Shown: positions 19,798 through 30,003 of the stretch, piece by piece
Layout: every line of letters begins with the position of its first letter
Position numbering within the stretch: the first letter of the stretch is position 1
IMG/VR virus record: IMGVR_UViG_3300045988_179014
Location: 128,001 to 192,000 of that record
Direction: 5' to 3' (one strand)
Origin: a virus
Length of the DNA: 64,000 nucleotides
The notes under the pieces: generated by a model
Databases searched by the model: none
Told to the model about the DNA's origin: nothing
Seen by the model: only the letters and a program-made list of their open reading frames with translations
Made by a program: the position numbers and the translations under genes

Positions 19798-20752
19798 TAT
19801 AGTATTGTGAAGGGGTGAACTCCAGCGGATGAAGAATCACCAACCTGTCTTGATTTCGAAAGTATGCCACCCCAATAATTGTTTGCAAAATACTGTAATG
19901 ACCATCTCTCATAGTTGAATGAGCAACATTTCGACAATGGTCACTGTTTGATTCACCAAGATACACCGCCCAATGCAATTCCTTTTCCAACTCTTTCGGA
20001 AAAGTTGATGCATGTGCCACAACAGGAACCATATATATACGTTCATTGGATGAATTCTGCAATAAGCTTTTGAAAGCTGTTCTGGCAGTCGTATCATTAC
20101 GTAAAATACGCAAATCATCAGTGTTGAGAGGCAACAGAACAAACAACAGTTTACGACTTGATGCTTCAATCAAACCCAGTTTCCTTGTTTTTGTTTTGAT
20201 TTCTTCCCTCAGTTTCAGCAAATCACCTAACAAACTGAATAAACTGGCTTTGTATGGATGGTATTGGAAAGATGGGTATTCTGTTTCCAATTCTTCTCCC
20301 AAATCGGATATACAATCATGCAAATCAAATAAAGCAATTTCAGCTGATGCGGAGAAACGTCGGGATTGATGAGCCATGTTTCGTATGAACAGTTCTTTTT
20401 CGTGTTGGTTGTCTCCGTAAAACAGTGCCAAATTATTGTAGAAGAAGGAACTCCAACTTACTTTGACACGGTATGTACGATACAGTCGAAATGATACCTG
20501 TTGCTTAAAAACCCGATTTCTGTTGTCAATGTCAGAACTGAGTTGTAACCTATTCCAAGGCAGAAACTTCATTCCAGTCCTTCCAATACAAAAATCCCCA
20601 ATACCACAAATATCAGGTAGTATCAGGGATTTTTGAGGATAACAATGAGGTTCAAATATTGAGTGAACCAGCCAGTGTAACGGACAGCCGGTCATGAAAG
20701 TTTTCGTCGGAATAATCCAAAGACAGGATTTCAATGCCATCCTGGAAAACAT
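19697..20752 (-). CDS. Hypothetical protein
   Basis: Long minus-strand ORF. The N-terminal part overlaps the 20652..20909 ORF, so the real start is probably internal (MKFLPWNR). Confidence 0.5.
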   Translation of the reverse strand: MFSRMALKSCLWIIPTKTFMTGCPLHWLVHSIFEPHCYPQKSLILPDICGIGDFCIGRTGMKFLPWNRLQLSSDIDNRNRVFKQQVSFRLYRTYRVKVSWSSFFYNNLALFYGDNQHEKELFIRNMAHQSRRFSASAEIALFDLHDCISDLGEELETEYPSFQYHPYKASLFSLLGDLLKLREEIKTKTRKLGLIEASSRKLLFVLLPLNTDDLRILRNDTTARTAFKSLLQNSSNERIYMVPVVAHASTFPKELEKELHWAVYLGESNSDHCRNVAHSTMRDGHYSILQTIIGVAYFRNQDRLVILHPLEFTPSQYYIEREEQWRREDEAYAKFLDTLDDGTKERHNNGT

Positions 20753-20909
20753 TCAAACCAGTAGCATCCCCAGTGTCATCGTATATTGTTTCCAACATGA
20801 TTTGGGTACTATCATGTATGGAAGCCATAGTAATTTCATCAATAGGAACGGCCCAACCGTTTTCTACATAACGTTCAACAATACTTTCAGCCAAATTAGA
20901 ATCTACCAT
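20652..20909 (-). CDS. Small acidic hypothetical protein (85 aa)
   Basis: Fits the minus-strand tiling between the neighbouring genes. Acidic composition. Confidence 0.35.
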   Translation of the reverse strand: MVDSNLAESIVERYVENGWAVPIDEITMASIHDSTQIMLETIYDDTGDATGLNVFQDGIEILSLDYSDENFHDRLSVTLAGSLNI

Positions 20910-20927
20910 ATTTGTCCCATCTCAATT

Positions 20928-22220
20928 TTACGGAGTTTCCACTACACGAATAGAAACCCTTCTTGCATTGAAAATTTTACCAAATCTATTTTCTGATAAC
21001 ATTTCCCGCGCTAATTTTTTACTGGGAACAAATGTTTTTCTGGTAATCTTTTTCAAAACATCAGGAGGAAGAACTTTTGCTGCTTTTTTACGGTCAATAG
21101 TTTCACGTCCACTAATCAGAAGAGCATTTTTACGTGAACGACCTGGAATAACAGTGTTGACATGTTGACCTGACACGACAGCGGCAATTTTGACCTTGTT
21201 GGCCATATCATCCCGACGTTCTTTGACAGATTTGTAACTACCCCCAAAAGATTCACGAGCGGAGCCATAAAAATCAGCCAATGCTTGAGTCCCATCCTGT
21301 AAACGCTCTTCAGCTGATTGGCCCATAAAACGAGTACGTGGTTCAAATGTTTGCTGTTTGATGTTACGTGGATTACCAGCAACATAATCCAGTACTTGAG
21401 TGTTTGAGATAACTTGACGTAACTGCTCATCACTTAAATGTTCACGAGCCAAATCAATGTCAATAATTTCCCTTGAAGTTGAAATAAGTTCGCGTTGTGC
21501 TGGACTCAAGTTTGCAAGGGCATGCTCATTCAAACCATCATCACTGACTGTCACCACAAATGTACCCGCATCCGTTTTGACAGTATGTTTGAAGGATTCC
21601 CCAGGTTTTAGTTGTAGACCCAAAGCTTCACGTTTTAAGGCATTTTGTAATTTGGTGCGACCATCTTCCACTGTTTTCACCGCCACATCTTTAGCAAGAA
21701 CATCTTCAGTGTAGAATTTGTCTCCATCCCGAGTCATAATCACCGACGTTGGCACCATACGTGCTTTGGAAGCCTTCTCCGCCAAATGCATGTTTCCACG
21801 TTCAGCAGCTTTAGCAATCACATTTGAAATTACTTCTTTAGCACGGTTAGGGTCCCCATGGTCAGGTTCCACCAACAAATCACCAACCTGTTTTGCGCGA
21901 TACTCCACAATATTGGCTGACATGTTCAAAATCTGTTCACTCAAAGCTGCTTCTCGATTGGGCATCACAACATCACCTATACGAGAAGTAGCAGCATCAA
22001 CTGGGCGTGCTTTGAATTTAGGGGCCTTCTTACGGGAAGGAAGCACCCCACCATGTTTTTGTGCCATGATAGCTTCCCCAGCAGCTTGAGCCTCAGCCAG
22101 AGTCGCATAATGGTTTTCCTGACCATTCAGTCCACCATATGGGCAACCCTTCTTCTGAGCAGAGCATTCACCTGACTCCCCTGTTTCCGTATTGACATGA
22201 TATCGGCGATAACCTTTCAT
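20928..22220 (-). CDS. Hypothetical protein with N-terminal NxETGxxGxCx6GCPYG module
   Basis: N-terminus HVNTETGESGECSAQKKGCPYGG is paralogous to the N-terminus of the Rnl1-like protein. Confidence 0.55.
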   Translation of the reverse strand: MKGYRRYHVNTETGESGECSAQKKGCPYGGLNGQENHYATLAEAQAAGEAIMAQKHGGVLPSRKKAPKFKARPVDAATSRIGDVVMPNREAALSEQILNMSANIVEYRAKQVGDLLVEPDHGDPNRAKEVISNVIAKAAERGNMHLAEKASKARMVPTSVIMTRDGDKFYTEDVLAKDVAVKTVEDGRTKLQNALKREALGLQLKPGESFKHTVKTDAGTFVVTVSDDGLNEHALANLSPAQRELISTSREIIDIDLAREHLSDEQLRQVISNTQVLDYVAGNPRNIKQQTFEPRTRFMGQSAEERLQDGTQALADFYGSARESFGGSYKSVKERRDDMANKVKIAAVVSGQHVNTVIPGRSRKNALLISGRETIDRKKAAKVLPPDVLKKITRKTFVPSKKLAREMLSENRFGKIFNARRVSIRVVETP

Positions 22221-22370
22221 AACCTCTCCTCAAACCACCAAACAAACCAATAACAACTTATCTAATACAGATTTCGTTCATACATGTTTGCACAATCACC
22301 CAGTTGTATTCTCATTCAACAATTGTTTACAACACAATCTGCACGAAAACAAAACTCAACGTGTGAAACA

Positions 22371-24056
22371 TCAATCAAAAGTTTTCACCCAGCGCACCTT
22401 ACCAGAATCCCAAACTTTGCCTAAACCATTCAATTTAGCCAATTCGTTCTCAGTGGCGCTGGAATCAAACAACAAATCAGGGTCACGTTCAAACCGAAAA
22501 CCGTTCTGCTCATACAAAAATCCATCACTGACTTCACAATCCGAAAAAGTCACCAGCCTACGAGGATTACAAACAATCTCGAAATGCTTCAACAATTTAC
22601 TGAACCCACCAGGAACAGACACAGAAGTAGCATAACGAACAATGAAATAACAATCCTGCTGCTTCATCACTGAAAACACTGCCACCAGTAGATTGGTTCT
22701 CTTGTCCCACAAACCAAAATGCTTCGACGCTCCAACAAAGCCTTGAATATGATTTGTATTCAGGAACTCCCGTGCAACGGAAACCGAAACGTCCCCTATT
22801 CGAGTTTGTCGTGCCCCCACCCCTTTCGGAGACACCTTCAATCTGTGTGCAATCATTCGTTGTAGAATTGACCGTTTGTAATACCAGTCATCTTCCCAGA
22901 TTTGAAACAATGACACACCTTGAGCACGACAGGAAACATACTTGTCACGATGATAGTTACGATTTTTGCCAAATTGTTCACTGTGCCAATACAACCCATT
23001 CACTTCAATAGCAAAATGTAACTCTGGAAAGAAGAAATCCACTTCATATGGTCCAATGAGACTACGCACTCGTTCCTCTACAGGCCCAGAATAAACCGAA
23101 CGAACAAAGGCCCCCACTGATTGCTCCAACCTTGATGTCCCTTTATCGCGATTGGCAGGTAGTAAAGGCATCATCCACCGTTCCAACCAGCGTATTGTAA
23201 ACTTGGAGTCAGAGTCATCAAGACAATTGTTCAACTCATCCACCAAATCATGATAAGTCAATGTTCTATTGGCATGAAAATATGCAGCCAGTGAGTCCAA
23301 GTCTTTGTAAGGTGTTTTCAATAATCGTGCTAAACTTGTTTCTTTGGCTTTACGTGATGAACGTCCACGATTTTTGACCACGTTGTCTGCACTTTTCTTC
23401 AACTCCAGCTTGTTGACAATTTTACTCCATGTACGTTCCCCAATAGAATGTCCTGTTTCTGTCTTAATCAGTTGCAGTAACTCGGTAGCTGTCAAATTGT
23501 CATCATTGTACAATTCATGTAAACGTTTTTGAGTGAAACCATGTGCAGCCAACTCTTGTATCTGGTTTTCCAAAGTTGTTTGTTTACGAACTTTGATGTT
23601 ACGTTCCTGTAAAATTCTGGAAAGTACTGAAGGAGAAATTCCATATTCTCGATACATGGATTCCAAAGACTTTCCAGTTTGGTATTCTGCCACTGCTTCA
23701 TCAGCTGTGATTCCCACCCCATATTTGGCGTCAGTTGCGTATTTTCTGCGTTGTGATTCATTAATTTTTGCCATACGCAACATATTGGTTTCTTCTATGG
23801 AACGATTCTTCAACCCTGCATATGTCCACAAAGAAGCAAGAGACGATTTGGATATCACCGTTTCCCCAGCTTTTTGATTGATGGCTGCGATGATGTCGTT
23901 TTTACTCATACCATCATCATATTTGGTTTGGATTGTTTCAACATCCCAACCCAATGATGCCAAAACTGTGATACGACGTTCTATCCTCTCTACATTGGTT
24001 GATTTTTTGTTTGGTGTATTGTGTCTTGAATGTTGTGAAATAGTAGAATCTGTCAT
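22371..24056 (-). CDS. Homing-endonuclease-like protein: multiple HTH modules + DUF559/Vsr-like PD-(D/E)XK endonuclease domain
   Basis: VDFFFPELHFAIEVNGLYWHSEQ...QIWEDDW (DUF559 signature). Several HTH-like segments (YREYGISPSVLSRILQERNI). Confidence 0.6.
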   Translation of the reverse strand: MTDSTISQHSRHNTPNKKSTNVERIERRITVLASLGWDVETIQTKYDDGMSKNDIIAAINQKAGETVISKSSLASLWTYAGLKNRSIEETNMLRMAKINESQRRKYATDAKYGVGITADEAVAEYQTGKSLESMYREYGISPSVLSRILQERNIKVRKQTTLENQIQELAAHGFTQKRLHELYNDDNLTATELLQLIKTETGHSIGERTWSKIVNKLELKKSADNVVKNRGRSSRKAKETSLARLLKTPYKDLDSLAAYFHANRTLTYHDLVDELNNCLDDSDSKFTIRWLERWMMPLLPANRDKGTSRLEQSVGAFVRSVYSGPVEERVRSLIGPYEVDFFFPELHFAIEVNGLYWHSEQFGKNRNYHRDKYVSCRAQGVSLFQIWEDDWYYKRSILQRMIAHRLKVSPKGVGARQTRIGDVSVSVAREFLNTNHIQGFVGASKHFGLWDKRTNLLVAVFSVMKQQDCYFIVRYATSVSVPGGFSKLLKHFEIVCNPRRLVTFSDCEVSDGFLYEQNGFRFERDPDLLFDSSATENELAKLNGLGKVWDSGKVRWVKTFD

Positions 24057-24369
24057 GAGCGTTTTGAGATGTTGTAAACAGTTGAGAAGTAGTGTTGTAT
24101 GTAAAATAGTTTTTGCAATGGAATATGCGCTTTTATTGAATGATTCGTAGAAGATTGAACTGTTCTACGATGTTTCCAAAGTGTCAAAATTCAAGCTACT
24201 TCTGATGATTCAAATGAGTCGAAGTTGATTAGCGCCGCTGGGTTGGATATATTTTCAACCATCAATTGTTACCCTGTCAATAAGTCCTATGGTGTTTATG
24301 GGAGGAAGTCCTAATTATCCTCCTCACCTATTTTACACATAGTGCAGTAAACTCAAAAACAGAGACAAA

Positions 24370-25413
24370 TCAGCTTTGACTAGGGGTTTTGTTGTCATTC
24401 AGAACTTCAATCAAGGTATTGGAATCCCAACTTTTACCACCCCCTGTGCCGCCTCCAACGAAAACCATGGGGCTTGTGGTCACTTCTTCCCCAAGCTGTA
24501 GTCCATGCTGTTTAGCCGCTTTCTCTTGTTTTCCAGACAAATCGAAACCAAGAACATTTTCTATTTCCCCAGTTTCGGGATTAGGTAGTTGTAGCCCATT
24601 TTCCACACCTAACGCAATTGGGAAAAACGACCATGCAACACCATCAGACAAAACATAGTTTTCGTTCCATTCAGCATATTGTGGTAAAGGCGGAACAGCA
24701 CGTAATGTTACAACACCTTTTGCGTAATCCCAGCCACCTTCACCAGTTTCAGGGTCTACAAAAGGTACCCAAGCCGTTTCCTGCCCAAACAGCTGATTAT
24801 ATTGTCGTAAAAATCCTTCTTCGCCTTCAGCAGGGAAAGATTCCGGAATATTCGAAAACTGTACTTTGTTGGGTTTCAGAGGGTCAGCCCATTCCAGGAT
24901 TCTGACAACAGCTTCAGGTTGGTTCTCATATTTGGCTGATACTCCTAATTTTACTTTGGCCAAATTATACATTCTACGAACAATATTTTTTCGGTATTCC
25001 ACAATTGATTTGGATGCTGCAATACCGAAACCCATGGCGAAAAAGAAAATGATGAATCCTGCCACAATCATTTGCCACATGTTGACAACTGTTCCGACAA
25101 AAGTGGTGAGTAATCCAGTCAACCAAATCAGTAGAAACACTACCCGATGTTGAATTCCTCCATTAGGTTCTTCACCTGGTTTTGTTTCTTTCTGTTTTTT
25201 TAGAGACAGTACACGTTTGTCTTTGATTGTGTAGGAAATACGTTCCTTCCAAATGGGCCAAATAGGTTGTGGTAGGTCTTCGAAAGGGGTTTTCTTGTTG
25301 AGTTTTTCCAGTTTACGGTCAGTCACCAATTTTTTGTGTGCCAATGCTATCAGACGGAAAACAATCGGCATTACAACAATGTAGACTCCAGCCAGAATCA
25401 AGGGGAATTCCAT
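24370..25413 (-). CDS. Membrane protein ending in a Walker-A-like GGGTGGGKS motif 13 aa before the stop (possible 5' fragment of an FtsK/T4CP-like ATPase)
   Basis: Two TM segments. PETGE repeats. C-terminus SPMVFVGGGTGGGKSWDSNTLIEVLNDNKTPSQS*. No downstream frame continues the NTPase fold. Confidence 0.5.
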   Translation of the reverse strand: MEFPLILAGVYIVVMPIVFRLIALAHKKLVTDRKLEKLNKKTPFEDLPQPIWPIWKERISYTIKDKRVLSLKKQKETKPGEEPNGGIQHRVVFLLIWLTGLLTTFVGTVVNMWQMIVAGFIIFFFAMGFGIAASKSIVEYRKNIVRRMYNLAKVKLGVSAKYENQPEAVVRILEWADPLKPNKVQFSNIPESFPAEGEEGFLRQYNQLFGQETAWVPFVDPETGEGGWDYAKGVVTLRAVPPLPQYAEWNENYVLSDGVAWSFFPIALGVENGLQLPNPETGEIENVLGFDLSGKQEKAAKQHGLQLGEEVTTSPMVFVGGGTGGGKSWDSNTLIEVLNDNKTPSQS

Positions 25414-25424
25414 GAGTTGTCTCC

Positions 25425-26309
25425 TTATGTAAGATTCAAAGCGTTGGCGAATGTTTCCACTGAATCTGTATCAGGTAGTGTCAGCATGTAGCCGGAACCA
25501 TTTGATGCAACCACTACAATGATTGGGGTGGGAGTGTTACCAATCAAAGCAACATTCATGGAAGCAGCTGTCACAGTACCAGGAACCGTGAGTTGTTGAA
25601 AATTGGAAGGATTTTCGAACAAGCGTGAATTGGCTGCATCTTTCATCAAATACACTTGAGCTGTTTTCTCCCCCAGAGTGGCATTACCTGCCAAACAAAA
25701 ATCTGTGGGGTCAACAACTGAACAAGAGGTTACCGCTCCTGCAATTTTAGCACCACGTACAGTCAATGTCATGTCACCAGCTTTGAATACTGTGTCAGTA
25801 GCTTGGGAATCGATTTTACCAGTTGTTGTTTTGATGGGTGTTGGTAGAGATGCAGAGAGAGGATTCTTGGGTGGAGTCACTGGTGTAGGACTGGTTTCAG
25901 TGACGGCTTCTGTGGAAACAGCTGAATCAGGATTTGGATTATTGGCTTTTTGTGATGCCAATACATTGATGACAAGTGCAGCAAGACCAATTATTACCCC
26001 TACCCCAATCACGGCCAAACCCAATATGACATAATGATTGCGGCTATTGGATGTTGAGGAATAATTTGCAGGGTCTACTTTTTGTTGTAGCAATTCATCA
26101 ACATTCATTTTCTCGTCAGGATAAAATGCAGAATCATTGGTAGTTGTATTGGTCATGTATTCCTGATTTGGGTTTAAGCGCTCTCCATTTTTGTTGTGTT
26201 CTTTTCTGACCACGTTTTCTCCTACTTGTGAATTTTGAATAAATATCTTCACAATATTCTGTTTATCCAGGTTTATTGTACATAATTCAGGTGCTATGAC
26301 GAGTGACAA
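25425..26309 (-). CDS. Bitopic membrane protein with Thr/Pro-rich linker
   Basis: TM (HYVILGLAVIGVGVIIGLAALVINVL) followed by a T/P-rich region and a beta-rich ectodomain. Confidence 0.5.
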   Translation of the reverse strand: MSLVIAPELCTINLDKQNIVKIFIQNSQVGENVVRKEHNKNGERLNPNQEYMTNTTTNDSAFYPDEKMNVDELLQQKVDPANYSSTSNSRNHYVILGLAVIGVGVIIGLAALVINVLASQKANNPNPDSAVSTEAVTETSPTPVTPPKNPLSASLPTPIKTTTGKIDSQATDTVFKAGDMTLTVRGAKIAGAVTSCSVVDPTDFCLAGNATLGEKTAQVYLMKDAANSRLFENPSNFQQLTVPGTVTAASMNVALIGNTPTPIIVVVASNGSGYMLTLPDTDSVETFANALNLT

Positions 26310-26394
26310 CGGTTTTGAATTTGGTTGTTTTCATCGACAAAAGAAAGAGGGAAGATGCACGAATAACACCTTCCCTCTTTGTGAAAATGATTGC

Positions 26395-26904
26395 TCAGAA
26401 TGGGATTTCATCCTCTGAGTCAAAATCAAGGTCGAGGTCAAAATCGTCAGTTTCAACCGGTTTTGGAGCTGGTTTGGATGAACGGGAGTTTCCAGTGTTT
26501 CCACTGTTACCATTACTACGGTTTGAGGAAGTTTTGGCTACACGGTTGGAATGAGCTGAATCAAATGCCAACTCCAATCCAACTTCGGTTACAACTACCT
26601 GTTCACGGTCTGGAACTTCTACACCGTCTTTATTGGTGTAGCCATCTTTGGTTTGGGTGTAGCCATAAACAACTACTCGGTCACCAGGTCGGAGTGATTC
26701 ATGGATGTTTTCTGCCAACCGACCCCAAGCAGTACAATTCCGCCAAATGGTTTTACCGTCTTTCCAAGTGCCATTGTCATTGAATCTTGGAGTGACAGCA
26801 ATGGAAAAATCCACTACAGCCTTTTTATCATTGCCAACATGACGCAAATCATGAACCTGACCAATAGAGCCAGTAATTTTTTGCTCAATTCCTACTTTAG
26901 CCAT
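26395..26904 (-). CDS. ssb: Single-stranded DNA-binding protein
   Basis: OB-fold core (TAWGRLAENIHESLRPGDRVVVYG). Gly/Ser/Asn-rich linker. Acidic tail DDFDLDLDFDSEDEIPF. Confidence 0.85.
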   Translation of the reverse strand: MAKVGIEQKITGSIGQVHDLRHVGNDKKAVVDFSIAVTPRFNDNGTWKDGKTIWRNCTAWGRLAENIHESLRPGDRVVVYGYTQTKDGYTNKDGVEVPDREQVVVTEVGLELAFDSAHSNRVAKTSSNRSNGNSGNTGNSRSSKPAPKPVETDDFDLDLDFDSEDEIPF

Positions 26905-27041
26905 TTTTCATCCTTCTTGTGAGTGGTTGTCTTTCTTACCCAATGGCTGGGAGTATTGTAATCAACAAGTCAAATATTTCCTGATTACTGCCAGTATCTT
27001 ACCAATGAATATGTTTCCATCGATTTCAAAAGTTCAATTGT

Positions 27042-28676
27042 TCACTGCTGCGGTTGTGGCCAAGAGTTGGGGATTGTGACTCCTTCAGGAATACTAGGTG
27101 GCAACGGTTCTGCTGGTTTATCCATGTCCAAAATAGCTGGTCGTTCTGGAACACTGGTACATCCAGCAGGTTTGGGCGGGATGCTGACAGATGGACTGGG
27201 TGAAGGTGCAGGAATGGTGGGTTGAGGAGTCACCCCAACAGATGGCGATGGCTCAGGAACAGGTGGAATGACAGGGGTACGGTTCTGCTGGTCATAGAGT
27301 TCACCCCATTGTTCCTCCCATCGTTTCAACTCATCCTGTTTGGTTTTACATGTTTGCAGTTTTTCGTTGTATGTATTGGATGCAGCAGCTTTACGGTCAT
27401 CAAAAGAACGCCAGTCATTGTGCTGTTCAACATAGGAATACCATATTTTACGAATCTTGTTGCGTTCTGTGATTAACCAAGACCACTTGCTGTGCACTTC
27501 ATCCACTTGTTGTACATAATTGTTCCAGGCGTCAGCTTGTGGGGCTGTCAATGCCATTTTGAAAGACCATTGAAGTTTACTATCCACATACTCTTGAGCT
27601 GCTTTATCCAGTTCGTTTTGTTTTGATTCCAGCGATTGGTTCTTTTCAGTAATCAGTTTGTTCGTATCATACACAGGAGATTTCTGCCCACTCCATGACC
27701 ATCCACAACCAGGTCCAGCAATGTCCGCAACATGATAAAAAGCCTTGTCCGTGAAATCGGTCTGGTCTGCGATTTTTTGTGGTAATTCGGGTTTTGTAAC
27801 GGTTGCTGGTAGTTGCGGAAAACCTGATGGCAATGGAGCTTCTGGTTCAACTGCTTTCGGATTTCCAATTTCCAACAAATTGATTGATGTCGGATTGGGG
27901 AGATTGTCAATTTTCACTGTTGTATGCAATTCTGTGTACTGCACTAAACCTGTGTATGCATCTTTGTCATAGAAAAAACTACGTTTGGCGTCATCTGGTG
28001 ATACTGTGAGGGAAACACATTGGGAAGCTTGTAAACTTGTTGTCATTTCTGTTGAGTAGAATTGCAACAAAATGTCCCGTTGTTCTGAATTGCTTGCTGT
28101 GACTCCAATAATGGCATCTCCCATGGTAATCATGAATGTATTACCTTGAACAGCCACAATCCCATGCTCTTTTTGTGTTACGGATACTTTGCCACATTTT
28201 TCCAATGCAGCTACATAACTGTGGAATGCTTGGTAGGCTTGCCCAGCACCGTAAACCTGTATGCGAGTTTCTACACCGCTTCCTGTTGCTGTAGTCGTGG
28301 CCAGAAGACTGTTGGGGACATCACCAATGCTTCCACACAGTGAAGGATTGATGACATGTTGGGGTTTGGCTCCTTCACTCACTTTCCATTGGTCCACTCC
28401 AGATGGTTGTTTGGCAATCAATTGAGAAGCCCATGTGACAGCTGGCGATTTGGTGCTGGCGATGTCTTGGTAGGGACTGATTTTTTGCGGCTCTTCAAAC
28501 AAATGATTATAACTTGCATACCCTGTATGGACCATTCCAGCAAATGCAATCAAAGTTGCTACCAAAAACATGAGATATAAAACAGGTTGATTGAAAATCC
28601 AAGCAATTAAAGGAAACTTGATAATACTACTTTCCTTGTAATCTCGGTAACGTTTGCGAACCATGTTTCTCCTCAT
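27042..28676 (-). CDS. Membrane-anchored protein with Pro-rich C-terminus (544 aa)
   Basis: N-terminal TM. C-terminus PVIPPVPEPSPSVGVTPQPTIPAPSPSPS. Confidence 0.55.
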   Translation of the reverse strand: MRRNMVRKRYRDYKESSIIKFPLIAWIFNQPVLYLMFLVATLIAFAGMVHTGYASYNHLFEEPQKISPYQDIASTKSPAVTWASQLIAKQPSGVDQWKVSEGAKPQHVINPSLCGSIGDVPNSLLATTTATGSGVETRIQVYGAGQAYQAFHSYVAALEKCGKVSVTQKEHGIVAVQGNTFMITMGDAIIGVTASNSEQRDILLQFYSTEMTTSLQASQCVSLTVSPDDAKRSFFYDKDAYTGLVQYTELHTTVKIDNLPNPTSINLLEIGNPKAVEPEAPLPSGFPQLPATVTKPELPQKIADQTDFTDKAFYHVADIAGPGCGWSWSGQKSPVYDTNKLITEKNQSLESKQNELDKAAQEYVDSKLQWSFKMALTAPQADAWNNYVQQVDEVHSKWSWLITERNKIRKIWYSYVEQHNDWRSFDDRKAAASNTYNEKLQTCKTKQDELKRWEEQWGELYDQQNRTPVIPPVPEPSPSVGVTPQPTIPAPSPSPSVSIPPKPAGCTSVPERPAILDMDKPAEPLPPSIPEGVTIPNSWPQPQQ

Positions 28677-28736
28677 ACACGCATTTCAACAGATGTTCAC
28701 ATTGTAACGAGAATGAGTCAGGGACAAGTACGGAGA

Positions 28737-28885
28737 ACGATTTTAAGCGAGATTTAGCGGTTTCTTGATGCAAGTATCACAAACAAGCATTTCGCATAAA
28801 TCTTCTTGAAAACATGAAAAACACCCCTGAATAAGCTAGGTACAATCTAGCCTATTCTAGGGGCGTTACAGAACGCGATTTTATG
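28737..28885. promoter_or_regulatory. Copy 2 of dispersed intergenic element (hairpin + T-run + conserved box)
   Basis: Contains ACGATTTTAAG...GTTTCTTGATGCAAGTATCACAAACAAGCATTTC...CTTGAAAACATGAAAAAC + hairpin CCCCTGAATAAGCTAG/CTAGCCTATTCTAGGGG + GCGTTACAG. About 80% identical to copy 3. Confidence 0.6.
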
Positions 28886-28912
28886 GTTTTCTCATATACT
28901 CATTTTTGTGGT

Positions 28913-29884
28913 TTATGATGGATGTTGATTGGTCGAACTGGAAACAGCTTCCTTGTTGCTACTGGTTGAGCTTTGATTAACTGGATTCGTGTTGGGAGCG
29001 GAAGTGGCTGATGGTTCTGGGTTGGAAACAGATGGAGAAACAGTTGGAGCGGATTCTGAAACATGAGAGTTATCAGAATTATTGTTAGAAGAAACTGCTT
29101 GTTGTTTCTTCAACACAGTAATTTCGTCTTGCAATGATTTAATTGTTTCATCATAGTTTTTGGATTCCTTCAAAGCGTCCAATTCTGTTTGAAGTTTTGC
29201 ATTCTGTTTCTCCAACTCTGTAATACGTGTTTTCAATGATTCATCCGAACTTGTTTTTTCAGTTTCATGAGCTTTTGCTGCTGCCAAGTTGATGATGTCA
29301 TGTTTTTCATCTTCACTGATTGTAGCCATGGTTGTGGTGTGAACTGTGGTGTAATTACTATCAGTGTTTACATTACTGGCTGAGATGAGATAGCTGCTTC
29401 CGATTGTGAGCATTGATACCATGAGGAACAACGCAGAAAATTTCAATGTTGGATGAGCAGCAGAATATCTCCTCAACCTATTCCACCAAGATGATTTGGA
29501 TTCGCTCACATCAGAGTCCAAATCTACAGTAGGATGTGTGTTTTCATCTGTTGAGGCGGTTTCATTGCTGTTGGAACGTAATCCAGGAACAATCTTTTTG
29601 GCTCCTAAAGATGTGACAGAAAGCACAACTCTATAGAACTCACTCAAGAATGCAGAACCTACAGATACCAAACCAACAAGAATCAAACTGTTTATGAATC
29701 CGGTCAATTGTGATGAAATGAGTGCCATGGAAACGGCAGTCAAAGCTGTTCCCACCACTTTCAACAATGACAGATTATCACCATCTTTCAAAATCTTTCG
29801 TATGGTGTGTTTAATGTTGTGTGTATTGTTCTCAGCGTTGGTTTCTGTTCTTTCCTGATTGGTTTCTGTAATAGTTGTTGACAC
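28913..29884 (-). CDS. Membrane protein with coiled coil and Ser/Thr-rich tail
   Basis: Three TM segments, a coiled-coil (LQTELDALKES...), and an S/N/P-rich C-terminus. Confidence 0.5.
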   Translation of the reverse strand: MSTTITETNQERTETNAENNTHNIKHTIRKILKDGDNLSLLKVVGTALTAVSMALISSQLTGFINSLILVGLVSVGSAFLSEFYRVVLSVTSLGAKKIVPGLRSNSNETASTDENTHPTVDLDSDVSESKSSWWNRLRRYSAAHPTLKFSALFLMVSMLTIGSSYLISASNVNTDSNYTTVHTTTMATISEDEKHDIINLAAAKAHETEKTSSDESLKTRITELEKQNAKLQTELDALKESKNYDETIKSLQDEITVLKKQQAVSSNNNSDNSHVSESAPTVSPSVSNPEPSATSAPNTNPVNQSSTSSNKEAVSSSTNQHPS

Positions 29885-30003
29885 CTTTCAAACCCCGTGC
29901 AAATATTGTTGTTGTGCATATTGTTCTCTACAAAAGCTGAGAGCGCCCTTATCAGTTCTCAATGACTGAACAGGACGCCCTCGGAGCCTATTTGTTTATA
30001 TCG

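Noticed and set aside
24057-24369. Largest non-coding gap (313 bp) as a possible tRNA or small RNA locus
   Set aside because: No cloverleaf hallmarks (GTTC-A/TTCGA T-loop, acceptor pairing) were visible by eye. It more likely holds promoter or regulatory sequence for the endonuclease-like gene. tRNAscan was not run, so a small RNA is not excluded.
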